Below the pieces are notes generated by a model. It searched no databases, was not told the DNA's origin, and saw nothing but the letters and a program-made list of their open reading frames with translations. Both the position numbers and the translations under genes were made by a program. A stretch of 56,982 nt of DNA. Origin: a virus (Duplodnaviria > Caudoviricetes). This document shows, in pieces, positions 51,140 to 56,982 of this stretch (position 1 is the stretch's first letter; every line of letters starts with the position of its first letter). The stretch is taken from positions 1 through 56,982 of the IMG/VR virus record IMGVR_UViG_3300045118_000170. One strand, 5' to 3'.

Positions 51140-51489
51140 CCCTCCTCTGTCCAACCTGTTGTCAGCCGATCGATCCCACCCACCAAGAAACAATGGCGGC
51201 CTGCTGCTTGGCGACGTTGTGGGATTTCGACGCGCAGATGAAATGGGCGGCGAGTATGGGCATCATGTTCTTTGTCCCTCCATCCACCCACGACCGGCCC
51301 TCGGAGGGGTAATGGTTGCGACGTGGCCGAAAAAGACGATGACCGCCGTCATTTGCGCCAGTCTTCAGTCAGGGGGCCTTCCTCAACATCGACGAGGGGG
51401 AGCCCCCGTCACGCGGAAGTGGAAGGCGGAGCGCGGGTTTTGGAACCCGCCCGCTAAATCGTCTGTGGCGGCTCAATCAGGGACACATT

Positions 51490-52185
51490 ATGACGGGTGA
51501 ACTTACGCAGGTTGATCCACGCCTCCTCACGCGGCTGGCGAAACTTGAAGAGGAGGTCAAGCGCCCGCTCCACATCACCTCCGGCTTTCGGGACCCTCAA
51601 CACAACACCGAGGTCGGCGGGGTCAAAAACAGCGAGCACACCGACACCCCCGCGACCGGCGTCGATATCGCCTGTACCACCTCCGGTGCTCGCTTTAGCT
51701 TGATTAAAGCGGCGCTCGCGGCGGGGTTCACGCGCCTCGGCATTGGAAAAACCTTTGTCCACCTCGGCATTTCGACGACCCGCCCTCAACCGGTCATGTG
51801 GCATTACTACCCGTCCTGGATTGCCGCGTGCCTCTTGTTGGCGTCGTCGTGCGTGTGGCAACCCTCCACCCCCGCCTACGGGCAAATGGACACCCTGGAG
51901 CGCATGGAATATGATTTTCTCCGCCTCAATGAACCGTGTAACGCCGATGGTACTTTCTTTCAACGCCTCGATGGGGTGGATTACCGCATTCGCACCTACC
52001 GATGCGGGGCCAAGAAGTGGCGGCTGTGGCAATACTTGTGTGAGGAAGGGTATTATTCACGGGTAATTTTGTTGGACCAGTCTGACGAAAACGAGGATGT
52101 TTATTACCTGGATCGGTTTGGCGGATTACACAATGGTCGTCCGCAGGGCTTTATCGAGGCATACCGTCCCCGCTGTGGGACGTAA
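51490..52185 (+). CDS. Peptidase M15A endolysin with C-terminal hydrophobic segment and extra domain
   Basis: 'ITSGFR..HN.EVGG..NSEH', 'GVDI', 'GIGKTFVHL'. Confidence 0.85.
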   Translation: MTGELTQVDPRLLTRLAKLEEEVKRPLHITSGFRDPQHNTEVGGVKNSEHTDTPATGVDIACTTSGARFSLIKAALAAGFTRLGIGKTFVHLGISTTRPQPVMWHYYPSWIAACLLLASSCVWQPSTPAYGQMDTLERMEYDFLRLNEPCNADGTFFQRLDGVDYRIRTYRCGAKKWRLWQYLCEEGYYSRVILLDQSDENEDVYYLDRFGGLHNGRPQGFIEAYRPRCGT

Positions 52186-52204
52186 CATAAAGGAGGATGA
52201 CGCT

Positions 52205-52468
52205 GTGACTACGAAATGGTGGATGCTCGTCGTCGCTTTGACCCTCTTCGTGGCGTGTTCCACGGAACAGCAGATGAAAGCCCAGGAAGCTGCACAACAG
52301 GCGTGTGCCGCACTCCCCGCTGCACAAGCCGCGACCGTCGCCGCCGAGGAAGCCTTCAAGCTCCTTCCGCCCGGCACGGATAAGAAGCAGGCGAAGGCGG
52401 ACCTCGCGCAGGCCCAACGCATCCTGGCCCATCTTCAAGCCCTGTGCGCCCTCATTCCGGCGAAGTAG
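52205..52468 (+). CDS. Lipoprotein (spanin-like)
   Basis: RBS AAAGGAGG, GTG start, signal peptide ..LTLFVA|C, Ala/Gln helix. Confidence 0.7.
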   Translation: MTTKWWMLVVALTLFVACSTEQQMKAQEAAQQACAALPAAQAATVAAEEAFKLLPPGTDKKQAKADLAQAQRILAHLQALCALIPAK

Positions 52469-52471
52469 CCC

Positions 52472-52711
52472 ATGTGCGCGATCGCAACTACGCTCCTCCT
52501 TGTCGCGCTTGCGGGGATGGGGGGTGTCCTGTACAAATTGTGGGTGTTTGGCCTCCAACTTCAAGCCCAGTTGGATATGCTTGTGGCCGAGGTCACGGGG
52601 TTGGCGGTGCCCGCTACTTTGATGACCACGCCAAGCTACACAAAGCAAGGAGACCAGGATGAAGAAGTCGCCGAAGTCGGGTCCTACGAAGGCCCGAAAG
52701 GGTGGCGGTAA
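52472..52711 (+). CDS. Single-TM protein (spanin/holin-like)
   Basis: N-terminal TM followed by a short coiled coil. Confidence 0.5.
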   Translation: MCAIATTLLLVALAGMGGVLYKLWVFGLQLQAQLDMLVAEVTGLAVPATLMTTPSYTKQGDQDEEVAEVGSYEGPKGWR

Positions 52712-52874
52712 CGTCGGGATCGCCGCGATCCTGACGATCTTTGACGCCAGCCGCATGACCGCCGTAGGACGGCGCTCCATTGCGGCGTGGCTGTTGAAGC
52801 AAGCCTTCTACTTAGTGGCCTACGGACAGGAGTACGCCCAAACCTATACGGGCCGCTACCGCTATCGAGACTAA
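52659..52874 (+). CDS. Small hypothetical protein
   Basis: RBS AAGGAG; 'MT..GRR.IA.WL.KQA..Y...YTGRY'. Confidence 0.55.
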   Translation: MKKSPKSGPTKARKGGGNVGIAAILTIFDASRMTAVGRRSIAAWLLKQAFYLVAYGQEYAQTYTGRYRYRD

Positions 52875-52888
52875 ACGCGGGCCTCGGC

Positions 52889-54613
52889 ATGGAAGTCAGC
52901 ACCGAAGTTTACGACCGCCTCTACTGGGCCAAAGAACTTGCGAAGTGTGAAGCAAGTTACCTGTACCTCGCGCAACGCTACTTGCGGGTAAAATCCCGGA
53001 TCGCTGTTGGGTTCCCCACCCTCAAGCTTAACCCCATCCAAACCATGCTCCACGAGAAAGTCACCGCCCAATGGAAGCGGGATGGGTGGGTCCGCCAAAT
53101 TTGGGGGAAACCGCGCCAAATCGGGGCCAGTACCTACGTCCTCTCCCTGTTTTTCCAGCGCACCGCCTTCCAGAACTACCACAACGCCTTCATCGTCTCC
53201 TACGACGAGGATACGGCGGCGGAGCGGTTCGACACCATCGCCACGTTCTACGACGCGCTGCCGACCCCCCTCCAACCGCCGACCCGTTACAAGTCCAAGT
53301 TCAAAATCGAGTTCGATGGACGCCGCTCCCGCTTCCTGGCGGGGCACTCCAAGAACGTGAACGTCGGCGCGGGCGAAATGAACCATCTCATCCACCTCAC
53401 CGAGGTCGCCCGCTATAGCAACCCCGACGAGGTGCAAGCCTCCTTGTTCCCCACCATTTCCAAGGCCAAGGGGAAACAACCGTCGATTGTCATTATGGAA
53501 TCGACGGCGTTCTTCGGCGGCGACTGGTTCAAGAACTTCGCGGAGGCGGCGCAACGGGGCGAGACCGAGTACGAGTTTACCTTTGTGCCGTGGTCCCTCA
53601 ATCCCGAATACAGCGATCCCATCCCGCCGCACTTTGAGGTGTCCGAGACGGAAAAAGACCTCATGCGTAAGTACGGCCTCTCGACCGAAAACATCGCGTG
53701 GCGACGACGGATGTTGGCGACCTACGCCGCCGCAGGCAACCCCTTTCTTTTCTACCAGGAGTATCCCCTCGATTTCGACGAAGCGTGGCAGTCCCCCAAA
53801 GGGACGTTCCGTACTTTTCCTGATGAGGTAATCGTGTACTTGCAGTCCACCCTCAAACCGGGCATGACCGGATGGATCGACTCGACGGGGTTCCACGAGT
53901 CGCTCAGTGGTCCCATTGAACAGTGGCAGCCCCCTGTCGAAGGGGCCTTCTACGACATCGGGATTGACGTGGCGGGAGGCCACGAAACCGGCGATTGGAC
54001 CGTTCTGGAGGTCATTCGTCGAGACACACTGGAGCAGGTCGCGGAAGCCCGTGGACACTGGAACCCCGCCGACTCGGAATTTTTAGACCTTGTCTATTGG
54101 ACCGGGTTGTACTATAATCGCGCCCAACTAATCCCGGATATCACGGGAGGCTGGGGCTACGCGCTCCTCAACGACCTCCAAAAGCGGGATTACCCAAATT
54201 TGTGGCAATGGCGGCGGCGCGATGACCTGATGGAGCGCCCATCCAAGCGGATCGGGTTTCTCTATAACCGTCGAGAGAAGGCGTCCCTAGTCACCAATGC
54301 GGTGCGCGTGGTCCAACGCGACAAACCCTTGGTCCACTCAGAAGGACTCTACGAAGAACTCCAGGACTTCCTCAATGTTGGCATCGACGAGTGGGCCGCT
54401 CGAAGCGGCGGGTTTGACGACCGCGTAAACGCCTGGATGTTGGCGTTACTGGCGGCGTGTGATGAACGGAAAGGCCCTTCCCCGGAGTCCTTGATGATGA
54501 CACCCGAAACACCCCCTCCATGGGCTTACATGGATGTGGATGAGGACCTCTTTGACCGAACCCGTGAGATGGGCGACTTTTTGTTAGACCCCCAAAACGC
54601 GCTGTGGAGGTAA
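52889..54613 (+). CDS. terL: Terminase large subunit
   Basis: 'LNPIQ', Walker A 'KPRQIGAST', Walker B 'IHLTEVA', 'MESTA', 'FYQEYP', nuclease 'IGIDVAGG..GDW', 'FDDRVNA'. Confidence 0.92.
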   Translation: MEVSTEVYDRLYWAKELAKCEASYLYLAQRYLRVKSRIAVGFPTLKLNPIQTMLHEKVTAQWKRDGWVRQIWGKPRQIGASTYVLSLFFQRTAFQNYHNAFIVSYDEDTAAERFDTIATFYDALPTPLQPPTRYKSKFKIEFDGRRSRFLAGHSKNVNVGAGEMNHLIHLTEVARYSNPDEVQASLFPTISKAKGKQPSIVIMESTAFFGGDWFKNFAEAAQRGETEYEFTFVPWSLNPEYSDPIPPHFEVSETEKDLMRKYGLSTENIAWRRRMLATYAAAGNPFLFYQEYPLDFDEAWQSPKGTFRTFPDEVIVYLQSTLKPGMTGWIDSTGFHESLSGPIEQWQPPVEGAFYDIGIDVAGGHETGDWTVLEVIRRDTLEQVAEARGHWNPADSEFLDLVYWTGLYYNRAQLIPDITGGWGYALLNDLQKRDYPNLWQWRRRDDLMERPSKRIGFLYNRREKASLVTNAVRVVQRDKPLVHSEGLYEELQDFLNVGIDEWAARSGGFDDRVNAWMLALLAACDERKGPSPESLMMTPETPPPWAYMDVDEDLFDRTREMGDFLLDPQNALWR

Positions 54614-54616
54614 AAC

Positions 54617-55219
54617 ATGGCGACTGGACGGAAAACACTCACCATCTCATTACCAGCGGAGATGTACGATACCCTCAACGCACAAGTCGCCAGCGGCGGC
54701 GTGAAAGCCAGCACGCTTATTGAAGAAGCCCTCGCCGCTCAGCCCACAGGACTTCACCCCAGCGCCAGCGCGACGGCTCCTTCCACCCTCTCCGCCGTCG
54801 ATGCGGCGACGACCCTCCTCACCCTCTTGGCCCCGGAACACGCCCAGTTGATTCGCGCCTGCGCCACGGAACAGCACCGTCCGGTGCTCGACTTCGTGGT
54901 GGGGGCGCTCCAACTGGTGTACGACCAGGGGCTTGTATCTCAGACGACCGCGCAGCAGTTCGAGGACGCCTCGTTGATGGAACGCCCTGCGTCTCCGCCG
55001 ACCGCGAAAGCCTGCGAGTTTTGCGGCAAGCCGTTTACACCCCCACCTGACCGTCCCAGCGCCCGCTATTGCCCGCCCAGTGAGGACAATCCGGATGAGT
55101 CGTGCGGGCGACAAGCCTCCCTCAAGGACCTTCGAGAGCGCATGCGGACGCGCATCCCCCAGCGTGGCGTGCCGGTTCCTCCTCGGATTGGTCCTCCCTT
55201 GACGGCCCCTGTGAGGTAA
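54617..55219 (+). CDS. Ribbon-helix-helix + Zn-finger regulator
   Basis: 'RKTLTISLPAEMYDTL..ASTLIEEAL'; 'CEFCGKPF..RYC..C'. Confidence 0.7.
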   Translation: MATGRKTLTISLPAEMYDTLNAQVASGGVKASTLIEEALAAQPTGLHPSASATAPSTLSAVDAATTLLTLLAPEHAQLIRACATEQHRPVLDFVVGALQLVYDQGLVSQTTAQQFEDASLMERPASPPTAKACEFCGKPFTPPPDRPSARYCPPSEDNPDESCGRQASLKDLRERMRTRIPQRGVPVPPRIGPPLTAPVR

Positions 55220-55222
55220 GCC

Positions 55223-56965
55223 GTGGCTGCGAAAGAGTTTGCACCCCCCATCAACACAAAAACCACGCAACGCGGGGGCGATGAACGCGCCCTCCTCGAT
55301 GACCTGCACGCCCTCATCCACGATTACGAGACGGCGAAGAAACAGGCCACGCTCCGCGATGACGGCTTCACGGACGACGACGACCTCAAGCTGTATCGCG
55401 GCGAAGTCGGCCCCAAGGACCGTCTCTTCGACTGCAACTTCGTCCAAGCGTTTGTGGATCGGCTCGTCGCCCAATTAACCGACAACCGCCCAACCCTGCG
55501 CGTCGAGCACCGTAAGCAGGGGATGGAGAAAGTTGCACGGGCGCTTCGCCACGGCGTTACGGCGGTGTGGCAAGAAACCGACCTCCAGCGCCAACTGTTC
55601 AAGATGTGTCATAACGCCGCCATTAAGCGGAGTGCCGGGCTCTACACCGGCTACGACTCCGTGACCGACGCGCCCTTTATCGAAGTCCTGCGTCCCGACC
55701 AAGTGTTGGTTGATCCCGCCGTTCAAGAAGCCGGGTTGATGGACCGGAGTGAGGCGGTCTTTATTCGGCGCGTCGTCCCACTCTCGCTCCTCCGGCAACG
55801 CTTCCCCGGTCGTGGCGCGTTAGTCGGCCCCGATGCTTCTCCTCCCGGTCGCACAACGTTCCGCACCGTCGAATCGCCGGTCACAACGTTGCTCCAACAG
55901 TCGAAAGACGAGAAAGCTCTTAAAGGCACCCAGTCCGTCATCCCGTATGCGACCGTCTGGGAGGGGTTTCTCCAAGACCGTCAAACGGCGGCGAACGGTG
56001 ATCTCCTCTTTCCGCATGGGCGTAATATTCACTTTACCAGTGACACCGTGCTCTGGGATGGTCCTCACCCCTTTTGGGATGGACGGTGGCCTATCGATTG
56101 GTTCGATTGGACGGTAGACCCCAACCACGTTTGGGGTCACAGTTCGATCTCCCTCATGCGGCGGATGCAAACCTCGTTCAACCAGTTGATTGACGGCACA
56201 GTGGAAAACCAACTCATCACAAACTTCATCCAGGTGATCGGGGATAGCGATGTCCTCTCCGACCGCCAGTGGAAGCAGCTTCAAAAGATTCGCAACTCCG
56301 TGATCCTCAAAAAGCAAGGGGGGCCGAACAAGACGCTTGCCTTGGTCCCTCCTCCGCCATTCGGGGCCGACCGCATGCAACTCGCTCGGTTCTTGTTCAC
56401 CTTCGCCCAGTTGGTGATGGGCGTGACAGACGTGACGTTGGGTGAAACACCCGGTTCGCTCCAGTCCGGGTTGGCGATTGAGGGACTCCAAGAAGGGGCC
56501 AACTTGATGACGAGGGCACGCGCCTCCCGCCTCGAAGATTTACTGAGCCGGGTCGGGCAAAAACTGGTGGCACGTATCCTCCAATTCGTGACGGCAGACC
56601 GTGTATTCTCGGTGATGGGGCCGTCCGGCGAAGCGGTAGAGTACGCACTCGCCCGTAGTGAGTTGTTCTTGGATGATAAGGGGCACCCCGTCACGGCAGA
56701 GCAGCGACGTGAGTTCTTCCGCTACCTCCGCTTCACGGTTGATCCAGGGTCCAGCGCACCGGGGACTCGCATTCGGCGGGCGGAGATGATGATGCGCCTC
56801 AACGCGATTGGAGCCGCGTCCCGGAAGATGGTCCTCCAAGCCGCCGACTTCCCGGACCCCGACTACATGCTCAAGGAAGCTGAGGACGACTTCCAGAAGT
56901 TCCCACCGCCGGGGTTTAAGCGGGACCCGAACGCGATGAACGCCGTAGTCCAGCGGGGGCGATAG
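55223..56965 (+). CDS. Portal protein (P22-like)
   Basis: 580 aa between TerL and the scaffold; 'NFVQAFVD..AQLTDNRP', 'VDP', 'WGHS', 'SGLAIEGLQE'. Confidence 0.85.
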   Translation: MAAKEFAPPINTKTTQRGGDERALLDDLHALIHDYETAKKQATLRDDGFTDDDDLKLYRGEVGPKDRLFDCNFVQAFVDRLVAQLTDNRPTLRVEHRKQGMEKVARALRHGVTAVWQETDLQRQLFKMCHNAAIKRSAGLYTGYDSVTDAPFIEVLRPDQVLVDPAVQEAGLMDRSEAVFIRRVVPLSLLRQRFPGRGALVGPDASPPGRTTFRTVESPVTTLLQQSKDEKALKGTQSVIPYATVWEGFLQDRQTAANGDLLFPHGRNIHFTSDTVLWDGPHPFWDGRWPIDWFDWTVDPNHVWGHSSISLMRRMQTSFNQLIDGTVENQLITNFIQVIGDSDVLSDRQWKQLQKIRNSVILKKQGGPNKTLALVPPPPFGADRMQLARFLFTFAQLVMGVTDVTLGETPGSLQSGLAIEGLQEGANLMTRARASRLEDLLSRVGQKLVARILQFVTADRVFSVMGPSGEAVEYALARSELFLDDKGHPVTAEQRREFFRYLRFTVDPGSSAPGTRIRRAEMMMRLNAIGAASRKMVLQAADFPDPDYMLKEAEDDFQKFPPPGFKRDPNAMNAVVQRGR

Positions 56966-56982
56966 AGGCCCTACTTTTTTTT
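56856..56982. repeat. Terminal direct repeat (right copy)
   Basis: Identical to 1-127. Confidence 0.95.

Noticed and set aside
52871-54058. Long antisense ORFs (also 1329-2270, 2555-3367, 54650-55474)
   Set aside because: Shadow frames of GC-biased real genes; no recognisable motifs
1-56982. Integrase, tRNA genes, alternative genetic code
   Set aside because: No recombinase or tRNA signatures seen by eye; long core genes are intact in the standard code and all three stop codons are used

Overview
This looks like one complete circular (or circularly permuted) dsDNA bacteriophage genome of 56,855 bp. Bases 1-127 are repeated exactly at 56856-56982, which is typical of an assembler overlap. 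The morphogenesis genes suggest a short-tailed (podovirus-like) phage. I see no integrase, tRNA, CRISPR array or reverse transcriptase. Two arms diverge from a control region at about 43620-44390. The + arm (44390 to the end, then on to 21987) carries an HD hydrolase, RusA, a metallophosphoesterase, a DNA MTase, terminase, lysis genes, portal, scaffold, capsid, tail and ejection genes. The - arm (43620 to 22001) carries early genes, a MoxR/VWA-peptidase pair, a Cas4-like/AAA_24/SSB recombination module, a UDG-fused family A polymerase, a DUF3987-like NTPase and a TSCPD protein. Most notable: (1) about 21 small paralogous SH3/KOW-like ORFs sharing an N-terminal F/L-E/K-V-G-x-x-V motif and a C-terminal (A/L/C)-T/S-V-G-E-x-L motif, three of them within or directly after the MoxR-VWA pair; (2) a five-enzyme cluster (two glycosyltransferases, methyltransferase, ATP-grasp ligase, radical SAM) interleaved with head genes, suggesting chemical decoration of the virion; (3) a textbook sigma54 / IHF / enhancer promoter architecture, with four -24/-12 sites, in a phage that has no recognisable enhancer-binding protein; (4) a precisely symmetric 368-bp imperfect palindrome around an AT-rich core (candidate origin), next to a Fur-box-like operator. 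All product calls come from motif recognition by eye; no database search was run.
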